DNA of 64,000 bases from a bacterium. Its GTDB lineage: Bacteria > UBA8248. The first letter of the stretch is position 1; each line of letters opens with the position of its first letter. This document shows positions 41,636-51,012 of this stretch, piece after piece. A program made the translations under genes and the position numbers. Location of the stretch: positions 352,001 through 416,000 of the forward strand of contig CBDATS010000015.1 in NCBI GenBank assembly GCA_965200245.1, given 5' to 3'. The notes beneath the pieces are model-generated. The model saw only the letters and a program-made list of their open reading frames with translations. It did not search any database and had not been told where the DNA came from.

Positions 41636-43921
41636 TTATTCGCCGTTTTTCTCGTTCAACGCGGCCAGAACCTTTTCCGGCGTTATCGGCAGTGACGTAA
41701 TACGCACACCCACGGCGTCATAGATCGCGTTGCCGATTGCCGCCGAGGTGCCCAGTTGCGCCATCTCGCCCAACCCTTTCGCTCCATAAGGCCCCGAGGG
41801 GTTTTCCGTCTCGATCAACACGGCTTCGAGTTCGGGCAAATCCTGGGTCGTGGGCAGTTTGTAGTCGAGCCAGTTCGCGTTCACCGGCTGGCCGTCTTCG
41901 CACTCGAAATCTTCCATCATGGCGTAGCCCACGCCCATCAGTGCGCCGCCGTCCAACTGCCCCTGCGCGCCGGCGGGGTTCACGATTGTTCCGCAGTCAT
42001 TCGTGCTGATGACCCGCAAGACCTCGAACGCGCCGGTTTCAGTATCCACTTCCACTTCCGCCACCTTGGCGCCGTAAGCATATGCGGCGGACCAGTTTCC
42101 ATAGCCCGTTACGGGGTCCGGGGTTTCGCTCGGGGAGTCGTACGAAGACGCCGTGTAGACGGCCTCGCTACCCTCTTTTTCATATAACTTCATGTAAGCA
42201 TCGCTGTGGGTCACCTGCCGTTCGGGAGAACTGGTGACGAAAATCTTGCCCTCACGCGCGTCGAGATCCTTCGGGTCACATTCAAGCAGTTCCGACGCGC
42301 CCTTGAACAGCATGTTCCTCGCCTGTACCGAAGCCAGGCGAGTGGCCTCGCCGTCGATGGTCGTCGTGCGGCTTCCGCGCACGCCCCATCCGTAGGGGTT
42401 CACTGCGGTATCGCCGTTGATGATCCGCACATCCTCTACACGTATGCCTATCGCTTCGGCGCAAATCTGTGCGAGCGTGGTGTCCGAGCCGTTGCCCATC
42501 TCGATGGTGCCCGAAAGCAACTGCACGGTGCCGTCCTTGTTCATCTTGATGAACGCGCCCGCCGTTTCCGGACCCATCGCTCGTGCGCCGGTAAAATGAA
42601 CCGCCGCGGCAACTCCGTAGCCACGCCTTTTCCCGTTGCTGCCGGGTTGTTTCTCACGCCAGGGCACGCGTTTGACCGCTTCTTCCACACACTCGGAAAC
42701 GCCGCAGCTTGTAATTTTGGCCCCGATGATGGTGGTATCGCCCCTTTTGACGAAGTTCTTGATGCGAAACTCCGCCGGATCCATGCCGATTTCCTCGGCG
42801 TGCTTGTCCATGGCGAGTTCCGACCCGAACGCATAGCCTGCATTGCCGATTCCGCGCATCGCGCCGCCGGGTGGCACGTTCGTGCAGACAACATCGGCGT
42901 GATGGCGATAGGCCTTGTAGTTATAGATGCTCCCCCCCATGTGCGCCGTAATGGAGCCGACTGCCGGGCTGTAATCGGAATAGCCGCCGTTTTCCACCAC
43001 CATCTGCGTGTCTCGCGCAAGCAGCATGCCGTCCCTGTCAGTGGCGATGCGCCAGACATGGCACTGCTTCGTCCGGTGCGTGCCGAGAAGGAATTCCTCT
43101 TCGCGCGTGTAATAGAACTTCACGGGAAGGTCCAGCTTTTTCGCCGCGATGATGGAGAGGAAATCGATGTTGAACTTGCTCGTCGCCTTTCCGCCGAAAC
43201 CGCCACCCACGTAATTCGTGATCACGCGAATCTGGGCTTCGGGAATCTTGAGAAGTTTCGAGAAATACTGGCTCGACAGACTCGGGCATTGCGAGGAATT
43301 GTAGACCGTTACGTCGCCCTTCTGCGACCACTCGGCGATAGATACGTGCGCCTCCAGGGAACCGTGCATCTGGCGGGAGGAGGAAGTAGCCAGTTCGCTC
43401 ACATGATGGGCTTCGTCGAACATGCGGTCCACATCGCCGAATTCCATGTGCTTTGTGAATGCGATGTTGTTCGGGTACCTGTCATGAATAACGGGGGCAC
43501 CCTCTTCCATCGCCTCTCTCGGATCGAAAACGGCGGGAAGTTCCTCGTAGTCGACATCGATCAAACCGAGTGCTTCTACCGCGATGTCTTCTGAAATCGC
43601 CACGACGGCCGCCACCGAATCCCCCACGTGGCGAACCTTGTCAGAGGCAAGAGGACGCTGGTCGTAGCAAACTGGCACGACACCCCACTCCACTCCCTCG
43701 GGAATGTCCCTAGCCGTCAAGACAAGCTTGACGCCGGGGAGCTTCTCGGCGCGGCTGGTGTCGATGTTCTTGATCCGTGCATGTGGCAGGGGACTTCCGA
43801 GCAGCCTCCCGTGAAGCATTTTGGGCAACTGCAGATCCAAGGTGAACATGGCCCTGCCTGTCACCTTTTCCGGTCCGTCGACGCGAGGTACGCTTTTCCC
43901 GATGTATGAGAGTTCAGCCAT
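41636..43921 (-). CDS. Xanthine dehydrogenase family molybdopterin-binding large subunit
   Basis: IGKSVPRVDG.EKVTG, VGGGFGGK, AMRGIG, EMGNG, GPYGAKGLGE (catalytic Glu). Lacks the CoxL AYxCSFR motif. Confidence 0.92.
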   Translation of the reverse strand: MAELSYIGKSVPRVDGPEKVTGRAMFTLDLQLPKMLHGRLLGSPLPHARIKNIDTSRAEKLPGVKLVLTARDIPEGVEWGVVPVCYDQRPLASDKVRHVGDSVAAVVAISEDIAVEALGLIDVDYEELPAVFDPREAMEEGAPVIHDRYPNNIAFTKHMEFGDVDRMFDEAHHVSELATSSSRQMHGSLEAHVSIAEWSQKGDVTVYNSSQCPSLSSQYFSKLLKIPEAQIRVITNYVGGGFGGKATSKFNIDFLSIIAAKKLDLPVKFYYTREEEFLLGTHRTKQCHVWRIATDRDGMLLARDTQMVVENGGYSDYSPAVGSITAHMGGSIYNYKAYRHHADVVCTNVPPGGAMRGIGNAGYAFGSELAMDKHAEEIGMDPAEFRIKNFVKRGDTTIIGAKITSCGVSECVEEAVKRVPWREKQPGSNGKRRGYGVAAAVHFTGARAMGPETAGAFIKMNKDGTVQLLSGTIEMGNGSDTTLAQICAEAIGIRVEDVRIINGDTAVNPYGWGVRGSRTTTIDGEATRLASVQARNMLFKGASELLECDPKDLDAREGKIFVTSSPERQVTHSDAYMKLYEKEGSEAVYTASSYDSPSETPDPVTGYGNWSAAYAYGAKVAEVEVDTETGAFEVLRVISTNDCGTIVNPAGAQGQLDGGALMGVGYAMMEDFECEDGQPVNANWLDYKLPTTQDLPELEAVLIETENPSGPYGAKGLGEMAQLGTSAAIGNAIYDAVGVRITSLPITPEKVLAALNEKNGE

Positions 43922-44339
43922 CACAACCTCCACTCGTTTGCGGCACCAAACCGCATGCCGTTTTTTTAGTTCTTATTCTCTTGATAGAATTTGATTTTCG
44001 GATGTATACGTTCTTTCTTACCCACCATAATATCCATCGCACTAGCCCGGGACCCGGCAGAGCGCGATGGCGTTTCATTTCGGTTCGATACGCAAATTAT
44101 AGCAACTAGACGGGCAAAACAAAAGGGAATTATATATCAGGGACTACAGGCGACCTGAGCATCGGTGAAACATGGGCAAAAGCCAAAAACACCGATCATG
44201 ACCCGGTGCTTTTTCTACGGCATCCCGGAAGGAGGCAATCTCGAGTCCTGCGTCTTTGCGCTGACATTCCGTCGAATACAATACGGGAGCAAGCCGCAGG
44301 CATCATCGGAAATAACACGGGATTCCACCCAAAAGCGCA

Positions 44340-44493
44340 GGTGATCGACGTGCTCGGGGAGTCGTTCTGCCCCGGTCTGGGCGTCACGCTGAAGGGCCCC
44401 TCGGATACCCGACACCTGCGCCTCGACTACCGGGGCGAATGGACCGGCCGAGAGGACAGGCACTCCGTGAAGGCGGGTTTCTCGATACAGTTC
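44340..44493 (+). pseudogene. Possible remnant of a beta-barrel/autotransporter C-terminus
   Basis: GLGVTLKG...LRLDYRGEW..REDRHSVKAGFSIQF has alternating beta-strand character ending in F; no intact 5' part. Confidence 0.3.
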
Positions 44494-44786
44494 AAGGACC
44501 ACCTGCCGGGCTCACCTAGGTGAGATGGAGCCGGCCGGACCTAAGGCGGACCACAGACCGGGAAACGTCTTTCGGGCTGACCGCAACCGCCCCGAAACAG
44601 GTCAACCTGAAAATACAATTCCTGAGGCAAAACCCCAAAATCAGCATACAAGGTGGCTCCCGGCATGATGAAGAAATTCTCGCGCCAGCTTTTTCCCCTG
44701 CGGTTTGTAGTGTATTATCCGCGAAAATATGAAGCGAATTGCCTGTTTTTCATTCGTGCTGAAACTGCGAGAATTGGAGTGAAGCA

Positions 44787-45533
44787 ATGCCCATTCGTTT
44801 TGATTTTCAGGGTCGAAAGGTCATCCTCACGGGCGCGGCGGGAGCGATGGGAAAACGCATTTTGCAGGGCTATATCGAGGCTGGCGCCAAGGTATTCGCA
44901 ACGGACAGGGGAGGCCCCGCCTTCGACGCGATAGAGGGCCCCTCCGATCAACTCTTCAAGCTGCCCTGCGATCTGGCTGACGTGGAAGCCATCCGCACTA
45001 CCATGCGTGCGGCACTCGAGTGGCTTGGCGGGTGCGATGTGCTCGCGAACGTGGCCGGCTACATGCCGATTCGCCCGCCGCTCGAACTCGAAGAGAAAGA
45101 CTGGAACGTCGTTCTGAACGTGAACCTGCTCGCGCCCTATTTCTGCATTCAGGAGACCATCGAGGCGCTCAAGGCTTCGGGCACGGGGCGCATCATCAGT
45201 TTCGCGTCCATCGCGGGCAAAATGGGTGGCATCGGACCGAACCTCACATACTCCGCCGCCAAAGCGGGCCTGCTCGCTATGACGTTCAACCTGGCGCGAG
45301 AACTCGCCAAGACGGGCGTGACGATCAACACCATCCAGCCCGGCCCGGCCGATACGGGCCTTCATTTCCAGTCCCCACCCGATATGCTCGTGAACGCAGA
45401 GAAGGCACATCCCATGGGCCAACTCACTACGCCAGAGGATGTGTGGCACACCGTCTTGTTCCTCACGAGCGAGGAGACCGCGCACATCAACGGAGAGGCC
45501 GTGGACGTGAACGGCGGCTTCTGGACGGACTAG
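44787..45533 (+). CDS. Short-chain dehydrogenase/reductase
   Basis: TGAAGAMG, NVAG, YSAAK, INTIQPG, VNGG. Confidence 0.9.
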   Translation: MPIRFDFQGRKVILTGAAGAMGKRILQGYIEAGAKVFATDRGGPAFDAIEGPSDQLFKLPCDLADVEAIRTTMRAALEWLGGCDVLANVAGYMPIRPPLELEEKDWNVVLNVNLLAPYFCIQETIEALKASGTGRIISFASIAGKMGGIGPNLTYSAAKAGLLAMTFNLARELAKTGVTINTIQPGPADTGLHFQSPPDMLVNAEKAHPMGQLTTPEDVWHTVLFLTSEETAHINGEAVDVNGGFWTD

Positions 45534-45548
45534 CGCGAGGAAATCACC

Positions 45549-46385
45549 ATGACGAACGGCAACCCGAAAGGTTATGCGAATCCCGACTTGCTCTGGTCGC
45601 CTGCACAGCTCAAGGAGCGCATGGGCGACTCGAACCTGAGGATTATCGACACGCGCCCGGGCGAGCGCTACACGATGGGTCACATCCCCGGCGCGCGGCA
45701 CTTCGACGTCTACGGCGTGAACAGCGACGATTCGGACGAGGCACCCTTGAGAAATTTCTTCTCCATGTGGGCGTTCCTGCTGGGTAACCGGGGTGTGTCG
45801 TTCGGGAACACCATCGTTTTCTACGATGATTTCGTCGGCAACACGAGCGTGCGTGGTTTCTGGGTGCTCGAGCTTTTCGGCCATAAGGACGTGCATGTGC
45901 TCGACGGCGGGTATCGAGGGTGGGAACGTGCGGGGTACGGGACGACGCGCGACGCCGAGGTACCCCGCGCCGCTTCTTTCCAGATGGCGTTCGAGCCGGA
46001 TCGACTCGCCACGCGAGAGGACGTGCTGGCGGCTATCGAGGACGACAACCACATGCTGCTCGATACCCGCTCAGCAGAGGAATGGGAGGGGCGGAGCATG
46101 CGCGCGAAGCGGAGCGGCATCATCCCCGGTGCGGTATGGCAGGAATGGCTCCAGCATCTGACGCCCGAGGGCGAAATGAAGCCTGCCGACGAGCTTCGCG
46201 CACAGTTCGAGGCCATCGGGATTACGCCAGAAAAAGAGGTGACCGCCTACTGACAGACGGGCTACCGTGCGGCGCACGGTTACTTCGCCCTGCGGCTTCT
46301 CGATTACCCGAAAGTAAGGAACTACATGAGTTCCTGGAAGGAATGGGGCAACCGCGAAGATACGCCCATCGTGCAAGCGCAATAA
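45549..46385 (+). CDS. Two-domain rhodanese / sulfurtransferase, probable selenoprotein
   Basis: GHIPGA, VLDGG, LDTRS, then VTAY-TGA(46251-46253)[33 protein letters not shown] to TAA at 46385. TGA sits at the catalytic Cys of the active-site loop. Confidence 0.9.
46254..46292 (+). promoter_or_regulatory. Candidate bacterial SECIS element for the rhodanese
   Basis: Perfect stem ACCGTGC (46264-70) / GCACGGT (46274-80), loop GGC beginning 18 nt after the UGA, lower stem GGGC/GCCC. Confidence 0.75.
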
Positions 46386-46549
46386 CGCACATGCCATGCG
46401 GCTCGGGGAGGCGGAGCGCACTTGCCTTAGGGATGCTCTTCCCAAACAATACGCCGAATTGATATGGAACTTTGTAATCAACATTCACGGCCACTACATC
46501 TTCTGGATGGGGGCACTTTCATTCATTCTCGCATTCCTGGAGGTTTACA

Positions 46550-47566
46550 ATGAAGAGTCATTTCACCCGTATTACCCTGGCCGTCACGTTCGCCCTGGCG
46601 CTCTCGGCGGCCAGCATCGCCTCGGCGGCACCCACACTCAAACTGGGGGCTGCCAGCAACAACGGCGGCATGGTCGTCTTCGTCGGCGTCGACAAGGGCT
46701 TTTTTGCAAAAAACGGGCTGGACGCGAAGGTCGTCGTGCGCAACACGGGCGCGCAGCTTACCAAGTCCCTGAAAGCCGGTCAGATCGACTTCGCTCCCGC
46801 GGCGTTTACCAACCTTCCCGCGGCACTTGAGCGCGGCATCAAGGTGCGCGGCGTCGTGGGTTACGTTGGCGGTTCCTACAAGAAATCCACAACGGATGAG
46901 ATGGTGGGCATCGCCGCACGCCCCGGCACCGGCATCAAGGGCATCAAGGACCTGAAGGACAAGAAAATCGGCGCGACCTTCGGCTCCACCGGCGACCTAT
47001 ACCTCCGTACCCTCCTCGAGAGAAACGGCATCGGTGTGGGAGGCGTGCGCCGCATCAACGTGCGTCCGCCGAGCCTTGTCTCGTTGTTCGACTCTGGCGG
47101 CGTGGACGCCATGGTCGCCTGGGAACCCTACCTCACCCGCATGACCGACAAGGTGAAGGGTTCTGCCATCGTGTCGCGCGGCGGCGACTACGTGTGCTTC
47201 TGCGCGGGTATGCACGGCGTTCCCGAACGCGTCTACAAGGACAAGAAGGCGACCCAGGCGTTCGTGAACGGCATGTCCGAGGCGGCCGCCTACGTGCGTG
47301 ACCCGAAGAATCTGGATGAAATCTCGAAAATCGGTGCTCGCTACGTCCGCGGCATGGACGCCGCCCTCATCAAGCGCACCTTCAAGTGGTGGACCTATGA
47401 CCCGCGTCTGGGCGAGAACACGCTCAAGGCCTTCAATTTCTCGGTGAAACAGCTCATTGCGCAAAAGAAGATGAAGCGTCCCTACGACCCCAAGAAATAC
47501 TTCGACTTCCAGTTCATCAACCGGACCATGAAGGAACATCCCGAGTGGTTCAAGGACCTCAACTAG
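46550..47566 (+). CDS. ABC transporter substrate-binding protein, SsuA/TauA/NMT1 type
   Basis: Signal peptide; DKGFFAKNGL, DLKDKKIGATFGS, GGVDAMVAWEP. Confidence 0.88.
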   Translation: MKSHFTRITLAVTFALALSAASIASAAPTLKLGAASNNGGMVVFVGVDKGFFAKNGLDAKVVVRNTGAQLTKSLKAGQIDFAPAAFTNLPAALERGIKVRGVVGYVGGSYKKSTTDEMVGIAARPGTGIKGIKDLKDKKIGATFGSTGDLYLRTLLERNGIGVGGVRRINVRPPSLVSLFDSGGVDAMVAWEPYLTRMTDKVKGSAIVSRGGDYVCFCAGMHGVPERVYKDKKATQAFVNGMSEAAAYVRDPKNLDEISKIGARYVRGMDAALIKRTFKWWTYDPRLGENTLKAFNFSVKQLIAQKKMKRPYDPKKYFDFQFINRTMKEHPEWFKDLN

Positions 47567-47588
47567 CCGCAATCGAAGCTGCCTCCCG

Positions 47589-47620
47589 TCCGCGCCCCGT
47601 GCCACTTGCCGGGGCGCGGA
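47589..47620 (+). other. Intercistronic stem-loop after the binding-protein gene
   Basis: TCCGCGCCCCG-N10-CGGGGCGCGGA; typical mRNA-stabilising hairpin position. Confidence 0.6.
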
Positions 47621-47646
47621 TTGCGCCTGAAAGGAAACGATGAAAC

Positions 47647-48435
47647 ATGCCGGCGAAACTCGTAGTCGAGAGACTATCGCATCACTATCCGGACGAATAT
47701 ACGGGGGAGGATGTCCACGCACTCGATCAGGTGAGCCTCTCGGTGGAGGACGGCGAGTTTTCCGCCGTCGTAGGTCCCAGCGGCTGCGGAAAGACCACGT
47801 TGCTCAACATCCTCGCCGGGCTTCTCCCTCATGGCGAGGGCAGCGTAAAGGTGGACGGCAAGGAGGTGCAGGGACCGGGGCCGGACCGTGGAGTCGTGTT
47901 TCAGGAGCACGCGATTCTTCCCTGGCGCACCGTAGCGAGAAACATCGGCCACGGCCTGGAGATCCAGGGCGTCGCCAAAAACGAACGGGAACAAAGGGTA
48001 CAGGAGTTTGTCGATCTGGTCGGCCTCTCGGGTTTTGAGGACCGCTACCCGCACGAACTCTCCGGCGGCATGAAACAGCGCTGCGCTCTCGCACGGACAC
48101 TGTGCGCAAATCCGGTGGTGATGCTGATGGACGAACCCTTCGCCGCCGTGGACGCGCAGACGAGAATCACCCTGCAGGAAGAGTTGAACCGTATCGCCAT
48201 CGCAACGAAAAAGACGATTCTCTTCATTACGCACAACGTGGATGAGGCAGCGTTCCTGGGCGACAGGTGCTTCATATTCTCGCGTCGTCCGGGGAAGCTC
48301 AAGGCCACCGTCAAAATCGACGTTCCGCGAGAAAAACGCATCTGGAAGGACCTGCTCTCCGAGAGGGCCTACACCGACCCGCGCGATGAAATTCTCCGCC
48401 TCGTGCGCGAGGAGGTGTTCGATGACGAGGAGTAA
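47647..48435 (+). CDS. ABC transporter ATPase, TauB/SsuB type
   Basis: GPSGCGKTT, LSGGMKQR, LMDEPF, ITH. Confidence 0.93.
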   Translation: MPAKLVVERLSHHYPDEYTGEDVHALDQVSLSVEDGEFSAVVGPSGCGKTTLLNILAGLLPHGEGSVKVDGKEVQGPGPDRGVVFQEHAILPWRTVARNIGHGLEIQGVAKNEREQRVQEFVDLVGLSGFEDRYPHELSGGMKQRCALARTLCANPVVMLMDEPFAAVDAQTRITLQEELNRIAIATKKTILFITHNVDEAAFLGDRCFIFSRRPGKLKATVKIDVPREKRIWKDLLSERAYTDPRDEILRLVREEVFDDEE

Positions 48436-49246
48436 CGGGACGGCATCGAGAGCGAAACCGCAGTCGAGACAGTGGAGAAGGTTCGTCAGAGGGGGCGGGG
48501 TCGAACTCGTGCTCCTCATCCTGTTCGTTCTGCTGTTGTGGAGCTTTATCTCGCAGAGCATCCCCAACCCGAGCCGCTACCTGCCCTCACCCGTCTCGGT
48601 CGTTCTCTCCTCCTACGACGTCATCTGGAAGGGTTTGTTGCCCAACTTCATCGGGCAGACACTGTGGCGGCTCGTCATCGGCAGCGCCATCGGCCTGTTG
48701 CTCGGTATCCCCTTCGGCATCGCCTTGGGGCTGAACCGCACCGTATCCGACATGTTCTACCCCATCATGAACTTCTTTCAATCCATATCGGGTATCGCGA
48801 TTCTTCCCATCATTGTCGTCTGGTGGGGCAACAGCGAGAAGACAGTGTTCGCCGTCATCCTTTACACATGTTTTTTCCCCATCGCCTTTAATGTGTTAAC
48901 GGGAGTGCGCAGCACTCCCATGATACTGGTGAACGCCCTGCGAACGTTGGGCGCATCGCGCATTCGAATCGTGAAGGACGTACTGATTCCGAGTGCCATG
49001 CCCCATATTGCTACCGGGGCACGGCTTGGCATCGGCTACGCCTGGCGGGCCGTCATCGCCGGGGAGATGCTCGCCGGCAGACGCGGTCTCGGGTGGATGA
49101 TCTTCACTTCCCAGGACGCGGACCTCACCGCGCAGGTTATCCTTGGGATGGTGATGATCGGCGTTATCTGGATCATGATCGACCGCTTCGCCCTTCGTCC
49201 CATCGAGGCGGACACCATCCAAAGGTGGGGGCTCGTGCAAAGATGA
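48422..49246 (+). CDS. ABC transporter permease, TauC/SsuC type
   Basis: TM segments, EAA-like ALRTLGAS, AWRAVIAGEM. Confidence 0.9.
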   Translation: MTRSNGTASRAKPQSRQWRRFVRGGGVELVLLILFVLLLWSFISQSIPNPSRYLPSPVSVVLSSYDVIWKGLLPNFIGQTLWRLVIGSAIGLLLGIPFGIALGLNRTVSDMFYPIMNFFQSISGIAILPIIVVWWGNSEKTVFAVILYTCFFPIAFNVLTGVRSTPMILVNALRTLGASRIRIVKDVLIPSAMPHIATGARLGIGYAWRAVIAGEMLAGRRGLGWMIFTSQDADLTAQVILGMVMIGVIWIMIDRFALRPIEADTIQRWGLVQR

Positions 49247-50103
49247 GCGTACTCCAGGCGGCGTCCATCAGCCTCCAGAAACGATTCGGCCGCCAAAGGC
49301 TGCGGAAGATTCTGCTGGGGAGCATCCCATTCGTCGTTCTGCTCGCCTTGTGGCAGATGAACACCGAAATGAAATGGCTCCCGCCGGTGTACATTCCGCC
49401 CATCGCTTCCATCTGGGAGGCGATCTACACGCTTTCAGAAGGCTGTGCGGGTGCGGGCGCTGTGCTCTCGATGCAGTACGAGTGCCTGTTCACGAACCAT
49501 ATACTGTCGAGCCTAGGCCGCGTGGGCCTTAGCCTCGTCATCGGTATCCCTTCGGGCATCGCCCTGGGCGTGCTGGCGGGCATGAGCCGTCGCTTCGCCC
49601 ACGCGCTCGAGCCCATTGGCGTGTTCGCCAACGCCATATCAGGCATCGCCTGGGTGCCTCTCGCCATCGTGTGGTTCGGAACCGGCTGGCTCACGACGCT
49701 CTTCATTCTGCTGAACACCGTGTTCTGGCTCATTTTCTTCAACACGCTCCTGGGCGTGCGGGGAGTCCCGAGGGTATATGAAAACTCCGTCATGACAATG
49801 GGCGGCGGGCGATGGGCCATCATCACCCAGGTCTACATCCCAGGCGCACTGCCCAGCATCGTCACGGGCGTGCGCATGAGCATGGGCTTCGGCTGGCGCG
49901 CACTCATCGCTGCGGAGATGATAGGCGGCGACAGCGGCCTCGGATTCATGATCTTTGTCTCCGCCGCCGAATACAAGATTGAGGAAGTGTTCCTGGGCGT
50001 GCTCGTCATCGCCATCATATGGATGATTACGGACAGGCTGCTTTTGATCCCCCTGGAGAAATGGACCATCCAGAGGTGGGGCATGGTCTGGAGGCCATCG
50101 TAA
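49243..50103 (+). CDS. ABC transporter permease, second
   Basis: ATGA overlap; PGALPSI, GWRALIAAEM. Confidence 0.9.
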   Translation: MSVLQAASISLQKRFGRQRLRKILLGSIPFVVLLALWQMNTEMKWLPPVYIPPIASIWEAIYTLSEGCAGAGAVLSMQYECLFTNHILSSLGRVGLSLVIGIPSGIALGVLAGMSRRFAHALEPIGVFANAISGIAWVPLAIVWFGTGWLTTLFILLNTVFWLIFFNTLLGVRGVPRVYENSVMTMGGGRWAIITQVYIPGALPSIVTGVRMSMGFGWRALIAAEMIGGDSGLGFMIFVSAAEYKIEEVFLGVLVIAIIWMITDRLLLIPLEKWTIQRWGMVWRPS

Positions 50104-50105
50104 TA

Positions 50106-50471
50106 ATGGACGATTCCCAAAAAACGTCCAAAGGTACCGCCCCCGAACGACGCTGGACACAGCACCCCACCGTGCGTTTCCTAGCCGTCGCGGCGCTACT
50201 GTTTGGTCTGTATTACGGATACGGCTACGCGACCGCTCCTTCGCGTCTCACACCCGCGCTCAAGGAACACCTGGCGACGAATCCCCAGAAACTCGCCCTG
50301 CTCGTCACGGCAAAGTTTCCCCCCGAGGAATTTCACATCCGCATTTATCAGCAACTCGGCAGCATGCGCGGTGTCAAGGGTTCCACGGCCGAACTCGTCT
50401 CCGTAACACCCTCGGGCCTGAGCACACTCTCGCAGTATTACTGGATCGAGAAAATTGACCTGAAGAGGTGA
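50106..50471 (+). CDS. Small membrane-anchored hypothetical protein, last gene of the ABC operon
   Basis: One N-terminal hydrophobic segment then a soluble domain (FPPEEFH); starts 2 nt after the permease stop. Confidence 0.7.
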   Translation: MDDSQKTSKGTAPERRWTQHPTVRFLAVAALLFGLYYGYGYATAPSRLTPALKEHLATNPQKLALLVTAKFPPEEFHIRIYQQLGSMRGVKGSTAELVSVTPSGLSTLSQYYWIEKIDLKR

Positions 50472-50526
50472 CGATAGCTAAGACGCACTCTTCACACGCA
50501 TGAAAACCATGCCATGCCTGGTCGGC

Positions 50527-50952
50527 CTACAATTCCCTCGGATGAAGCTCTTCGTATTTGCCGTGGTCGGTGTCGATGGCCGACATGTGGCGGAAAATTT
50601 CTTCATACCCCGGCGGTGAGAATATCCACAGGAGTTTCAGGGGAACGTCACCGGTATTTCTCAAACCGTGCTTTACACCCACGGGCAAAAAGGCGGTCAT
50701 CCCAGCCTTGACCTGGTAGAGTTCACCGTCCACCTCCACCTCGGCTTCACCTTCATGGAAGAAGAGAATTTCTTCTTCTTTTTCATGCAGATGGACGGGA
50801 ATTCCGCCTCCGACGGGAATGTCCTGGTTTCCCATGCTGAGCATCCGGGAGTTCGTATTCCGGGGATCGATGAGGATACGCCAGCCCCGGGGCAGTTCTA
50901 TATCCACCATCTCGATCTTTTCGCCTTCGTCCCAATCGAACACGTATGACAT
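50527..50952 (-). CDS. Cupin domain protein
   Basis: HLHEKEEE...G, PVGVKHGLRN. Confidence 0.88.
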   Translation of the reverse strand: MSYVFDWDEGEKIEMVDIELPRGWRILIDPRNTNSRMLSMGNQDIPVGGGIPVHLHEKEEEILFFHEGEAEVEVDGELYQVKAGMTAFLPVGVKHGLRNTGDVPLKLLWIFSPPGYEEIFRHMSAIDTDHGKYEELHPREL

Positions 50953-51012
50953 GCCAATACCCCTCCCCGCCTTGCGCGCGCGTGGCGTGGAGTGCGCCTC
51001 GGGAAAGGCGCG

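Noticed and set aside
44525-44610. Moco riboswitch-like RNA (ACCTAAGG, GGGAAAC fragments)
   Set aside because: The conserved 3' GCCUCC...GAAAGG part is absent and it faces away from the Mo-enzyme genes; an Rfam scan would be needed.
330-46385. Genome-wide TGA reassignment (code 4 or 25)
   Set aside because: TGA terminates many genes at their expected ends (coxD-like, glnA, mtaB, hemC). Read-through appears only at two catalytic Cys sites.
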